DNA from: Deinococcota bacterium
GTDB taxonomy: Bacteria > Deinococcota > Deinococci > Deinococcales > Thermaceae
DNA length: 64,000 bases
Assembly: GCA_041695225.1 (NCBI GenBank)
Contig: JBGFRI010000046.1
Span: forward strand, 1-64,000
Direction: 5' to 3'
Notes under the pieces: generated by a model
Told to the model about the DNA's origin: nothing
Seen by the model: only the letters and a program-made list of their open reading frames with translations
Databases searched by the model: none
Shown: positions 40,538 to 50,453 of the stretch, piece by piece
Layout of the letters: every line of letters starts with the position of its first letter
Position numbering within the stretch: position 1 is the first letter of the stretch
Translations under genes and position numbers: made by a program

Positions 40538-41717
40538 ACTGAGCATCCTGCTCGAGGTGGGGTCTGGGCTTTGGACCATATTTGTTCAGGATAGTTTCCC
40601 GGCTGATATAGACCAGTTCGGCCGGAGTAATGAGCAGACGGAGCGCAATCTCACCGCGATATAGCCAGACGAACCAGGCGGTGGTGACTCTGGACTGCAA
40701 ATCTACGGCTTTGGGAACCGGATGGGTCTTGAAGCCAAGGGCCTGGGCTCCTGGTCCCAGGTAGCTGTGGCCAAACAAAAACTGTATCTCGGGATGACCT
40801 TCCAGAAAGTTTGCAATCTCCTTTAAGGTCTCGCGGGAGGCCAGCAAAACCTGCACGGGTGTCATGGCAGCCAGGCGGGCCGACTCGAAGTGAATCTGCG
40901 CGCAAAGGGTTCCTTTGGGATATTCGGGCAGCTCGGGGCCAGGGTAAGGCCGGATCTCCAGGCGCAGGACATGGTTGTAGCGATAGCTTACCCTGATGCA
41001 ACCAACCTGCTGGTCGTAGCGTTCCTCCAGGCCCTGATTAATCCGGATCAAGCCCTGGCGCGGGCCCAGTGGCTTTAGCTTTAGTTGGTCCATTCGGACT
41101 GACTGATATCCATGTTCCACCAGCTGCGGCAAGAGTAGCTCCAGCACCTTGAGGGTGCGCACCGGGCCGTCGTGCAACAGCACAACCGAACCGCCTTTGA
41201 GGTAAAACAGCACTCGCTTTACCAGCTGTTCGGCTGGTTTATCTAGCCAGTCCTGCGACTCTATATCCCACAAGGCTACCTGTTTACCCTGCATCCAGGC
41301 TAAAAGACGTGTGAAGGGCGTGTGAATGCCCCAGGGAGGCCGGTATAGTCTGCCAGGGCTTCTGTGCAACTGCACCCACTCCGTCCAGGGCGGCATAAGC
41401 ACTGCGGGACGATGCCAGTAACCGTGGGCTTCAATCTGATGCCCTGCCAGCCGTATCTTTTCTACCAGGTCGGGCCGCTCTTCGGCCCGTTGACCGGTAA
41501 GAAAAAAAGTGGCCTTAAGGTTGTACTTTCGCAGCAGCAAGAGGATCGCCTCGGTCTGGTGCGAAGGACCGTCGTCGAAGGTCAGGGCCACCCTGGGGTC
41601 GGCGCGACTACCCCAGGCCACAGCCCCCAGACCCATCCAGCGTCCCAGGACCTCTGCCAGCCCGTATGCCAGCAGCAGGGCCACAATGGCCGAACCAATC
41701 AGTGTTGCGATCTCCAC
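40521..41717 (-). CDS. Polysaccharide deacetylase (NodB) with C-terminal YkoP-like domain
   Basis: LTFDDGP, HGYWH, YRPPWG, LLHDG; start uncertain (GTG 41717 or 41729). Confidence 0.85.
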   Translation of the reverse strand: MEIATLIGSAIVALLLAYGLAEVLGRWMGLGAVAWGSRADPRVALTFDDGPSHQTEAILLLLRKYNLKATFFLTGQRAEERPDLVEKIRLAGHQIEAHGYWHRPAVLMPPWTEWVQLHRSPGRLYRPPWGIHTPFTRLLAWMQGKQVALWDIESQDWLDKPAEQLVKRVLFYLKGGSVVLLHDGPVRTLKVLELLLPQLVEHGYQSVRMDQLKLKPLGPRQGLIRINQGLEERYDQQVGCIRVSYRYNHVLRLEIRPYPGPELPEYPKGTLCAQIHFESARLAAMTPVQVLLASRETLKEIANFLEGHPEIQFLFGHSYLGPGAQALGFKTHPVPKAVDLQSRVTTAWFVWLYRGEIALRLLITPAELVYISRETILNKYGPKPRPHLEQDAQFSNGR

Positions 41718-42880
41718 CAGGGCCTCCACAATGCCACCACGTAGAACACACTGAGTAAGAGCATAATTACCCCTCCAGCAAAGAAAGGCGTACTGTTGGC
41801 AACTGCCGCCGCCAGAACGCCCCCTACCGCAGGGCCAGTAGCATGGCCAAGCCCCTCGACCGTCATCAGGGTACCCCAGGCCGCGGCCCGGTTGTTTTTG
41901 GGCAGCAGCCGCACCAGCAGTGCATTCCAGGCTGGGCCAAAGCAACCAAAACCAATTCCGCCGATTACGGCCAGTAGTAGCAACACCGGGAGTCCCGGCT
42001 TCAAGCCCAGGCCAATCATGGCAAGGCCAATCAGCAGCAGGCCCACAATAAGCAGCCCGCGGGGGCCTTTGCGGTCTGCGTAACGGCCTGTCCAGATGAG
42101 CAAAACTGTAGCGATAACACCGCCCAGAACAATCAGTATGGTTATCCAGAGCATACTCAGGCCCATGCCCTGGGCGTATTTGAGCAGGTAAAAGCTAAAC
42201 AAGGCCGGGGCAAAGGTCTGGCCAAATGCGGCGGGAATGAACAGCAGTAGCCGACGCCAGGGATACAGCTCCCGCCTGGGCGGACGCACTTTTTCGGGGC
42301 GGAAGATTAGCGAAAGGCCAATCAGGATCACCACAATCTGGACCCACTGGAGGACATTAAGCGCCAGACTGGGGTCGGCCTTGGTCAAAAAACCAACCCC
42401 CAGTACCCCAATCCCCGTCCAGGGGGCGGTGAGCATGTTGGTCAGGGTCACCGCCCGGCCCTCACGCCCCTGCACAGCAACCTGGCTGCTCAAGGTCATC
42501 AGGCCGGGGAAGATTGCCGAAAGCGAGACACCCCAGACCATACTAAGGCTAAAGAGCAGGACAGGCGAGTGGACATAGGGAACGAGCAAGAGGGCGGCCA
42601 GCCCCACCCCCCCACCAACCAGGGTGACAATTCCCATGCCAAGCTTTTGCGACAGGTAGCCGCCCAGGCTTTTGCTAAAACTGTCCGACAACAGGTGAAT
42701 GCTCCAGGCCGTGCCAATCACCGCCAGGGTAAAGCCCAGATTCCCTCCGTGAAGGGCCAGATAACCCGCATAAAACCCGTTCCGTACTCCTTCCAGCAAG
42801 CCCCAGGCCAGAATTAGGCGGGCTACCGGCGACAATCCTTTGAGGCGCCAGGGAGAAAGACGTTGCATCTTGAGGCGCAC
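41699..42880 (-). CDS. MFS transporter (LtaA-like glycolipid flippase candidate)
   Basis: About 12 hydrophobic segments, GRYADRKGPR MFS motif; glycosyltransferase neighbourhood. Confidence 0.8.
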   Translation of the reverse strand: MRLKMQRLSPWRLKGLSPVARLILAWGLLEGVRNGFYAGYLALHGGNLGFTLAVIGTAWSIHLLSDSFSKSLGGYLSQKLGMGIVTLVGGGVGLAALLLVPYVHSPVLLFSLSMVWGVSLSAIFPGLMTLSSQVAVQGREGRAVTLTNMLTAPWTGIGVLGVGFLTKADPSLALNVLQWVQIVVILIGLSLIFRPEKVRPPRRELYPWRRLLLFIPAAFGQTFAPALFSFYLLKYAQGMGLSMLWITILIVLGGVIATVLLIWTGRYADRKGPRGLLIVGLLLIGLAMIGLGLKPGLPVLLLLAVIGGIGFGCFGPAWNALLVRLLPKNNRAAAWGTLMTVEGLGHATGPAVGGVLAAAVANSTPFFAGGVIMLLLSVFYVVALWRPWWRSQH

Positions 42881-42921
42881 GGAATAAAGTATAGATTAAG
42901 CTACGGACTAGTCGAGGCTTG

Positions 42922-42990
42922 TCCTGAGCCTTGCCCTGAGCCCGTCGAAGGAGCCTGCCCTGAGCCTGTCGAAGGGGCAGTCGAAGGGAT
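42922..42990. repeat. CCCTGAGCnnGTCGAAGG repeat cluster between divergent genes
   Basis: ccctgagcccgtcgaagg, ccctgagcctgtcgaagg. Confidence 0.75.
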
Positions 42991-43011
42991 GGGGGTGATT
43001 AATCTATACCT

Positions 43012-43695
43012 GTGCGCATCTCAGTGGTAGTTCCAGCCCGAAACGAGCAGGAGTACATTGAGGGCTGCCTGGGGGCCTTAAAGCAGCAGACCCTGCAGCC
43101 TGATGAAGTTATTGTGGTGGACAATGGTTCAACCGACCAGACCTGTGAGCGGGTAATGGGAATGGGGGTCAGGCTGATAAGCTGCCCCACGCCAGGGGTA
43201 GCGCTAGCGCGTCAGGTCGGGCTGGAAGCAGCCACGGGTGACTGGGTCGCTACCACCGATGCCGATAGCCGGCCGGTTGCGGGCTGGCTCGAGGCTCTGC
43301 AGCCGCACATGGAAGACTGCGTAGCGCTTTACGGCCCCATGCGGATGTTTGGTCTTCCGGCCTGGCAAGAAACCTGCACCGAGCTGGGCTACGGTGTCTT
43401 CCTGAAAATTGCCATGCTTCTGGGCAGGCCCAACCTGGCTGCGGCAAACATGGCTTTTCATCGCCAGACCGCACTGGAGGTGGGTGGCTACCCAATGGTA
43501 GAAGCCCGCGAAGATGTGATTTTGGGTCTGAAGCTAAAGACCAGAGGCCAGGTTCGCTATGTTCGCGACGCACTTGTTCTGACCTCGGCCCGACGGGCCA
43601 GTGGCGGCTGGCTAAAGTTTTTGCTACAACACGCTAAGAACCTTGGCGGGGATTCGAAAGGATACTTTGCGGCAGAAGAGGGAAAGGGATCTTGA
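43012..43695 (+). CDS. Glycosyltransferase family 2
   Basis: VVVPARNE, VDNGSTD, DAD, ED, TSARR. Confidence 0.9.
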   Translation: MRISVVVPARNEQEYIEGCLGALKQQTLQPDEVIVVDNGSTDQTCERVMGMGVRLISCPTPGVALARQVGLEAATGDWVATTDADSRPVAGWLEALQPHMEDCVALYGPMRMFGLPAWQETCTELGYGVFLKIAMLLGRPNLAAANMAFHRQTALEVGGYPMVEAREDVILGLKLKTRGQVRYVRDALVLTSARRASGGWLKFLLQHAKNLGGDSKGYFAAEEGKGS

Positions 43696-44842
43696 GGCGG
43701 CGTGGCTCAATTTCCACCAGCCGGGTGGCTTCGTCGTATATAGCCACGATCTGCTCGGCAACCCGACGGGCCGTGCGACGGTCGGCAAACTTGCGCGCAC
43801 CTTCACTAAAGCGCTGCCGCAGATGCTCATCGCGCAGCAGTTCCAGGGCCTTCTGAGCCATAGCCTGGTAGTCTCCGGGCCGCACCAGGTAGCCGCTACT
43901 GCCTTCATCTACCCCTTGCAGGGCACCCTCGGCCCCCACGATCACTACCGGCAGGCCCACAGCCTGGGCCTCCCAGATCACCAGCCCCTGGGTCTCGGTC
44001 TCACTGGCAAACAAAAAGAGCTCGGCCATCCGGTAATAGCCACCAATTTTCTCGTAGGGTACTGCGCCCACAAAGGTGACGTTATCACCAACCCCCAGCT
44101 GTTGGGCCAGCCGGGTTAGCAGATGGAGCTCGGGCCCCATCCCCACCAGGGCCAGATGAGCATCCGATTCCTTGCGAATTTCTGCCAAAGCACGGATCAC
44201 CACATCCACGCTTTTTTCTTTGCCCAGCCGTCCCACATGCAAAAGACGGCGCTTACCCGAAGGCCAGGGTGAAGGCGGGTCGGGGGCGGCCTGCAAGATA
44301 TCGGTATCTATACCCGTTGGAATGACCCTGATCTCGCGCTTGATCTCGTAGCTTTCGGCCAGCTTTTTGACCGGATCGGTAGGGGCAATGACCAGATCGG
44401 CGCGGTTGTAGAAAGCCTGACAGACCTTCTGTATTATCCCCACGTACTTGTCCAGGGTGGTCATGCCGGGGACATAGTGGGTATATTTCTCCACGTGGGT
44501 GTGAAAAGTCGAAACGTGTGGCAGGCGGTTTCGGTAGGCCAGCCGGGCACCCCAGATGCCAATAAAGAGCGGGGTATGGGTGTGAAAAATCTCGAACTCG
44601 GTGGGGAGCAGCCGGCTGCTGGGCATGGCCAGGCGCTGATCTTCGAAGAAAGGATAGGCCACGCTGGGTACCCGCACCACCCATTCTTCCCGGGGGTCGG
44701 CGTCGGGCATCTCGGGGGCCAGCACCCAGGCCTCGTGCCCCATGCGGCGCAGCTCACGCTTGAGCAGGTAGACACTGGTTGCGACCCCATTTGCGTTAGG
44801 CAGGTAGGCGTCGGTGAACAGGCCGATGCGGTAAAGGCGCAC
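43634..44842 (-). CDS. Glycosyltransferase family 4 (diacylglycerol glycosyltransferase-like)
   Basis: FTDAYLP..NGVATS, HTHTP, TFHT, GRLGKEK, ETQGLVIWEA. Confidence 0.9.
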   Translation of the reverse strand: MRLYRIGLFTDAYLPNANGVATSVYLLKRELRRMGHEAWVLAPEMPDADPREEWVVRVPSVAYPFFEDQRLAMPSSRLLPTEFEIFHTHTPLFIGIWGARLAYRNRLPHVSTFHTHVEKYTHYVPGMTTLDKYVGIIQKVCQAFYNRADLVIAPTDPVKKLAESYEIKREIRVIPTGIDTDILQAAPDPPSPWPSGKRRLLHVGRLGKEKSVDVVIRALAEIRKESDAHLALVGMGPELHLLTRLAQQLGVGDNVTFVGAVPYEKIGGYYRMAELFLFASETETQGLVIWEAQAVGLPVVIVGAEGALQGVDEGSSGYLVRPGDYQAMAQKALELLRDEHLRQRFSEGARKFADRRTARRVAEQIVAIYDEATRLVEIEPRRLKIPFPLLPQSILSNPRQGS

Positions 44843-44959
44843 GGGTATATGTTAGCACAGCCCCCAGTGAGCTTCTCAAACCCGGTTTATAGCCGCCAGG
44901 TGAGTTTTCCATGAGCTGCGCGCACCAGTGGCGACGCAGTGGAGGGGGTTTCTGGGTAG

Positions 44960-45220
44960 GGCCTGCTTGCCGACGATCTTCACCTGCGCGATTGGAACAC
45001 CTCGATTCGGGGCAAGACCAAAGCCCTCCGCGAAACCGCCAGGAACTTTGTCGAAGCCGACAGCCTTGAAAGCCGCCTGTTGGAACTGTACAAAAACGCC
45101 GGCATGGTCGCCGAAGAGGTTCTTATGGTTGGGCATGGCACGATTGAACTTCAAGTGGTGGATGCGTCGGCATTTGATGTTGAGGGGAAAATCAAAGCCA
45201 TCCCTTCGTACAAAGGGCCA
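44960..45220 (+). pseudogene. Degenerate SnoaL/NTF2-like gene remnant
   Basis: Reads LLADDLHLRDWNTSIRGK..VVD..FDVEGKIKAI after an in-frame TAG, with no start codon for this segment. Confidence 0.55.
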
Positions 45221-45649
45221 AGCGATTGTCTTGCACCAGGTCAGATTTGCCATTGCGCTTCGACCAGTACGGCACAGGCAGCGCCGTGCTAAAACGGTCG
45301 TAATGTACCTGGCACGGCGGTTTTTGCCGTGCCGGGTGTGCGCTGGGCTGCGGGGTGCCCAGCCTCAACCCGCAGGAAATCCTGCGTCAGATTGGTGGGG
45401 GCAGTTTCAACCCCAGGGGTATCTGGTTAAGCCCACTGCACCACCAGAAAATGTGTGAGTGGTGGAACCTTTCCGCACGGAGCTGGTGAGCTAGTATCCA
45501 TTTACCTGGTCTGGGCTATAGAGCGGTTTGTGGAATGGTGGAATGATTGACCGGAATAGAGTGAAAGCTACAGGTGGTGCTCGCGGCAAGTGCCCCCGAG
45601 CCGGAAAAAGGCGTATCCTTCTCCCGCCCTTGCGGCAGCAAGCCACGAG

Positions 45650-46798
45650 ATGAACCTCCATCACGGCGACTGGCTTTTGGACGCCCAAGCGGCGGCCACG
45701 GTGATAAGCCCCAACCGCCAGGAGGTCTACAGCTTCGACCTGGAGGGCCGCCCGCTAAGCTGGTTCGTCCGCGGCACCGTCTACAAGCGCTCGCTGGCCT
45801 CGAGGGTGTTTGGGCGGCGGCGGGAGGGTGGGGTACGTCGGCGCTGGGAGTTGTCGGAAGAGGCGGCAGCGGCGCAGTTTGTTGCGGTGCAAAAGAGTGT
45901 CGAGCTGCTTATGGCCGAGCCTTTGCCGCGGGTATTCCTTGAGCGGCTGGCGGGCATCCGGAGCTGGACACCAGAGCGTCTGCTGGCCGAGCGCGCTCGT
46001 TTCGAGGAGGCCTACCTACCGATCAGCATCCTCCCGCCCGACCAGTATCTGGCGGTGGTGCTGCAGGCTACCTTCGGCTGCTCCTGGAACCAGTGCACCT
46101 TCTGCAACTTCTATCAGGACCGCCCGTTTAGCACCAAGACGCCCGCGGCCTTCGACGAGCACCTGAGCCGTGTGGCGGCCCTGCTGGGCGAGGCGGCGGC
46201 GCTGCGCCAGAGCATCTTTTTAGCCGACGGCAACGCGCTGATTCTGGCCAACGCTCGGCTGATGCCGCTGATCGAACGCGCCCAGGCAGCCTTTCCCGGA
46301 CGCGGCATATATGGCTTTGTGGACGTCTTCACCGGGGAGAAAAAGTCGCTTGCCGACTGGCAGGCGCTTCAACGAGCCGGACTAAGGCGCGTCTATATTG
46401 GCCTGGAAACGGGTCACGACGCGCTGCTGGCCTGGATGAACAAACCCGGCGGCGCCGCCGAGGCGCAGGATTTTATCGCTACGCTAAAACAGGCCGGGCT
46501 TAGCGTCTCGGTGATCGTGATGGTGGGGGCGGGTGGCAGCGCCTTTGCCGAGGCCCACCTGCGCGACAGTCTGGCGCTGCTGGCGGCTTTACCTTTCGCC
46601 AGGGGCGACCTGGTCTACCTTTCGCCCTTTATCGAACACCCCGGCTCGGTCTATGCTGAGCGCGCTGCCGCACTGGGCAGCCGGGCGCTTAGCGACGGTG
46701 AGCGGGCTGAGCAGTTTGCGGCTCTGAAGAGCGGCATCCGCCAGGCCCATCCTGAGGCCAGGGTCGCGCTGTATCACCTGGAAGAGTTCTTCTACTGA
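45650..46798 (+). CDS. Radical SAM protein of unknown function
   Basis: CSWNQCTFC (CxxxCxxC), FLADGNAL, YIGLETG; start ATG 45650 (GTG 45590 possible). Confidence 0.9.
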   Translation: MNLHHGDWLLDAQAAATVISPNRQEVYSFDLEGRPLSWFVRGTVYKRSLASRVFGRRREGGVRRRWELSEEAAAAQFVAVQKSVELLMAEPLPRVFLERLAGIRSWTPERLLAERARFEEAYLPISILPPDQYLAVVLQATFGCSWNQCTFCNFYQDRPFSTKTPAAFDEHLSRVAALLGEAAALRQSIFLADGNALILANARLMPLIERAQAAFPGRGIYGFVDVFTGEKKSLADWQALQRAGLRRVYIGLETGHDALLAWMNKPGGAAEAQDFIATLKQAGLSVSVIVMVGAGGSAFAEAHLRDSLALLAALPFARGDLVYLSPFIEHPGSVYAERAAALGSRALSDGERAEQFAALKSGIRQAHPEARVALYHLEEFFY

Positions 46799-46917
46799 AC
46801 CACCTAGCCAGATACCAGCAACAGACTGTGGGTAGTGCGTGCGGTAAGCCCCACAACCCCTGGACGGGGCCAAGTGGCGGGCTCTGAGGCGTAGCCGAAG
46901 GGGAAGCTCAGACCCCC

Positions 46918-47190
46918 GCGGCTGCTGGGCATGGCCAGGCGCTGATCTTCGAAGAAAGGATAGGCCACGCTGGGTACCCGCACCACCCATTCTTCCCGGG
47001 GGTCGGCGTCGGGCATCTCGGGGGCCAGCACCCAGGCCTCGTGCCCCATGCGGCGCAGCTCACGCTTGAGCAGGTAGACACTGGTTGCGACCCCATTTGC
47101 GTTAGGCAGGTAGGCGTCGGTGAACAGGCCGATGCGCTAAAGGCGCACGGGCATATGTTAGCGCAACCCCCAACCAGCCCTTCAAACCCG
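46918..47190 (-). pseudogene. Duplicated 5' end (about 76 codons plus promoter) of the GT4 gene
   Basis: Nearly identical to 44613-44885; codon 4 TAC changed to TAG (47137-47139). Confidence 0.95.
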
Positions 47191-47282
47191 GGCTGCATCA
47201 GCCTTATGAGCGTCTAATTGCCGTGCGGTGCCAGGAACTGAGTTCAAGAAATGGATAGGTCAGATCTGGGTCCGGGTTTGGG

Positions 47283-48464
47283 TCATCGTACCTTGCTTCC
47301 GCCTATGTAGACAGCGTGAATGGAGCGGTCTCCCCAGTGATAGAGGGGCTCCAGCGCATGGGGCGAGTCCACCACCACAAAGTCGGCCCAGTTGCCGGCC
47401 AAAAGCCTCCCCAGATCCCCTCTTCCCAGCGCGTCGGCGGCATGGGAAGTGTGGGCAGTCAGGGCTTCTTCAGCCGAAAGATGGCCCAAGCATATGGCCA
47501 GTTGCATCCCCAGCCAGGGGCTAAACAGTGGACTGCTGCCGGGGTTGTGGTCGGTGGCGATGGCCACTTTTACCCCGGCATCCCAGATCGCCCGGACGTT
47601 GAGGAAAGGTTTGCGCAGGATGACTGCTGCCCCCGGTAGTACCGTGCCGATGGTGCTGATCTGAGCCAGCGCCTGCCAGTCGGCGGGGGTGGTCTGCTCG
47701 AGGTGGTCTGCCGACAGCGCCCCCAGCTCCGCCGCCAGCCGGGCAGCCCCGGTATGAGCGATCTGCTCGGCGTGCACTTTGATCTTCAGGCCGTGGGCCA
47801 GGGCGGCCTCGAGGATCTCCCGCGTCTCGCTCAGGGTAAACGCCCCCTGGTCGCAAAAGACATCTACCGCTTCCGCCAGGCCCGCCTGGGCCACCTCGGG
47901 GATCAGTTCGTGTGCGAACATCTGCACGTACTTACCGCGCTCCCACCCCCTGGGAACAACGTGGGCCAGCAGGGTAGGGAAGACGTGCTGGGGCAGGGTT
48001 TGTTTCAGCTTCTGAATAACCCGCAGCATCCGGAGTTCGGCCTGGGGTTCAAGCCCATAGCCGCTCTTGATTTCCAGCGTGGTGACACCTTTAGCTAAGA
48101 ACTTCTCGGCCCGGGCTCGAGCCTGCGCGTACAACTCCTCTTCAGAAGCCGCATCGGTCGCCCTTACGGTTGAATAAATCCCACCTCCCTCCGCCAGAAT
48201 CGCCTCGTAACTTTCCCCCCTGGCCCGCCGCAGATACTCGTCCAGGCGGTCTCCGCCATAGACCAGGTGGGTGTGAGCGTCCACAATGCCGGGCACCACC
48301 CCGCGCCCGCCTAAGTCGGTGCGTTCCCAACGGTGGTACTCCTGGGGCAGTTTAGGCTCAGATCCAACCCAGACCAGGCGCCCGTCCTGCACAGCCAGGG
48401 CGGCCTGCTCGAGCCTTTCTTTTGGCGTGTATAGCTCAGAAATCCCGGTAAATACCCGTTTCAT
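47283..48464 (-). CDS. hutI: Imidazolonepropionase
   Basis: DAHTH, EIKSGYGL, HAEQ, ATDHNPG. Confidence 0.96.
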   Translation of the reverse strand: MKRVFTGISELYTPKERLEQAALAVQDGRLVWVGSEPKLPQEYHRWERTDLGGRGVVPGIVDAHTHLVYGGDRLDEYLRRARGESYEAILAEGGGIYSTVRATDAASEEELYAQARARAEKFLAKGVTTLEIKSGYGLEPQAELRMLRVIQKLKQTLPQHVFPTLLAHVVPRGWERGKYVQMFAHELIPEVAQAGLAEAVDVFCDQGAFTLSETREILEAALAHGLKIKVHAEQIAHTGAARLAAELGALSADHLEQTTPADWQALAQISTIGTVLPGAAVILRKPFLNVRAIWDAGVKVAIATDHNPGSSPLFSPWLGMQLAICLGHLSAEEALTAHTSHAADALGRGDLGRLLAGNWADFVVVDSPHALEPLYHWGDRSIHAVYIGGSKVR

Positions 48465-48571
48465 TCAACCCCTTACCCAAAAATGCCAGTCGGTCTCCGC
48501 CGTGACCCTCGACCCTTGACTCTCGACACTCCGCCCTAGACCCTCGACCATCGACGGCTTCCTTGGGACGC

Positions 48572-50218
48572 CTACTTCTCCCAGCCCGCCAGATCCAGTC
48601 CGCCCTCTTGGGCCACCTTCTTCGCCTCGGGGTAGCCCGCGTGAGCATGGCGCATTACCCCGCTGCCGGGGTCGTTGACCAGGACGCGCTTTAGGCGGTA
48701 GGCCGCCTCCTCTGAGCCGTCGGCTACCGTGACCTGACCCGCGTGGAGCGAGTAGCCCATCCCCACCCCGCCGCCGTGGTGGAAGCTGACCCAGGCCGCC
48801 CCCGCGACCGCGTTGAGGGCGAAGTTCAGGATGGGCCAGTCGGCCACTGCGTCGGAGCTATCCCGCATGGCCTCGGTCTCGCGGTAAGGCGAGGCCACGC
48901 TGCCGGCGTCGAGGTGGTCGCGCCCGATCACTATGGGCGCCAGGAGCTCACCCTGCTGCACCATCTGGTTGAAGAGCAGACCGGCCTTATCCCGCTCGCC
49001 ATAACCCAGCCAGCAGATGCGGGCGGGCAGGCCCTGGAACCTGAACTTCTTCACTCCCTGGGTCAGCCAGCGATGCAGGCCGTCATCGTCGGGGAAAAGT
49101 TTCAGCATGGCCTGGTCGGTCTGGTAGATGTCTTCGGGCTTGCCCGAGAGCGCCACCCAGCGGAAGGGGCCGCGCCCCTGACAGAACTGGTCGCGGATGA
49201 AGGCCGGTACAAAGCCCGGATAGCTGAAGGCCTCGGCAAAGCCGCCCTCCTGCGCGAAAGCCCGCAGGTTGTTGCCATAGTCAAAAGCAACGGCCCCTTG
49301 CTCCTGCATCTCCACAATTGAGCGGCAGTGGGTGGCCATGTCGTGCAGCACACGCTTTTTGTATCCCTGGGGGTCGGCCTGGCGCAGGGCCTGGGGGTCT
49401 TCGTCGGCTTTGAGAATGGGAATGTAGCCGTACAGGGGGTCGTGGGCGCTGGTCTGGTCGGTGACTAAATCGGGTACAAAGCCCATCTGAACCATCTGCG
49501 GCAGTACCTCGGCAGTGTTGCCCAGCAGTCCGATGGAGAGGGGCTCACCTGTACGTTTTGCTTCTTCGGCAAGCCTCAGGGCTTCTTCCAGGCTCTCGGC
49601 GCGAACGTCCAGATAGGCTGTATCCAGCCTGCGCTGGATGCGCCGGGGGTCAATCTCGACACATATCGCTACCCCGCCGTTAAGGGTTACAGCCAGGGGC
49701 TGCGCCCCACCCATGCCGCCCAGCCCACCCGTGACGGTAATGGTGCCCCGCAGCGAGCCGCCAAAGTGTTTGCGAGCGGCTGCCGCAAAGGTCTCATACG
49801 TGCCCTGCAAAATGCCCTGGGTGCCGATGTAAATCCAGCTTCCGGCGGTCATCTGGCCGTACATCATCAGGCCCAGCCGGTCTAGCCGGTCGAACTCCTC
49901 CCAGGTGGCCCAATGGGGCACCAGGTTGGAGTTGGCCAGGATGACGCGCGGGGCCAGGGGCTGGGTACGGAAGACGCCTGCCGCCCGGCCCGACTGCACC
50001 AGCAGGGTTTCATCGTTTTCCAGCCGCTCCAGTGTCGCCAGAATGCGCTCCAAATCTTCCGGGCTGCGGGCGGCCTTGCCCCGCCCACCATAGACAATCA
50101 GCTCCTCGGGTTTCTCGGCCACCTGGGGGTCCAGGTTGTTGAGGAGCATGCGCCTGGCAGCCTCCTGAATCCAGCCTTTGGCGCTGCGGTGGGGGCTTCT
50201 GGGGGCTCGATAAGTCAT
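48572..50218 (-). CDS. hutU: Urocanate hydratase
   Basis: [30 protein letters not shown]. Confidence 0.98.
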   Translation of the reverse strand: MTYRAPRSPHRSAKGWIQEAARRMLLNNLDPQVAEKPEELIVYGGRGKAARSPEDLERILATLERLENDETLLVQSGRAAGVFRTQPLAPRVILANSNLVPHWATWEEFDRLDRLGLMMYGQMTAGSWIYIGTQGILQGTYETFAAAARKHFGGSLRGTITVTGGLGGMGGAQPLAVTLNGGVAICVEIDPRRIQRRLDTAYLDVRAESLEEALRLAEEAKRTGEPLSIGLLGNTAEVLPQMVQMGFVPDLVTDQTSAHDPLYGYIPILKADEDPQALRQADPQGYKKRVLHDMATHCRSIVEMQEQGAVAFDYGNNLRAFAQEGGFAEAFSYPGFVPAFIRDQFCQGRGPFRWVALSGKPEDIYQTDQAMLKLFPDDDGLHRWLTQGVKKFRFQGLPARICWLGYGERDKAGLLFNQMVQQGELLAPIVIGRDHLDAGSVASPYRETEAMRDSSDAVADWPILNFALNAVAGAAWVSFHHGGGVGMGYSLHAGQVTVADGSEEAAYRLKRVLVNDPGSGVMRHAHAGYPEAKKVAQEGGLDLAGWEK

Positions 50219-50245
50219 GGCTGACTCCTTTTTAGCGGCTGCAAA

Positions 50246-50450
50246 ATAGCCAATAGCCTATAGCCGATGGCCGATAGCTGATAGCTTATAGCCAAACGAC
50301 AAAGGTCGAAAGTCGAAGGACAAAGGTCGAAGGCCAAAACGCGAGACCGTTGCAGACCTTCGACCTTAGACCTTAGACGTGCGACGATAGGAGCACAAGG
50401 CTAGACCGTCGACCCTAGACCCTAGACCATAGACCTGCGACGATAGGAGC
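50246..50450. repeat. Composite heptamer arrays (ATAGCCG, AAGGTCG, CTAGACC) in the hutU/hutH spacer
   Basis: Three heptamer types in tandem plus a duplicated tagacstgcgacgataggagca. Confidence 0.8.
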
Positions 50451-50453
50451 AGT

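Noticed and set aside
50246..50450. CRISPR array interpretation of repeat tracts (also 52011-52295 and 61866-61941)
   Set aside because: No constant 25-40 nt repeats with unique spacers and no cas genes
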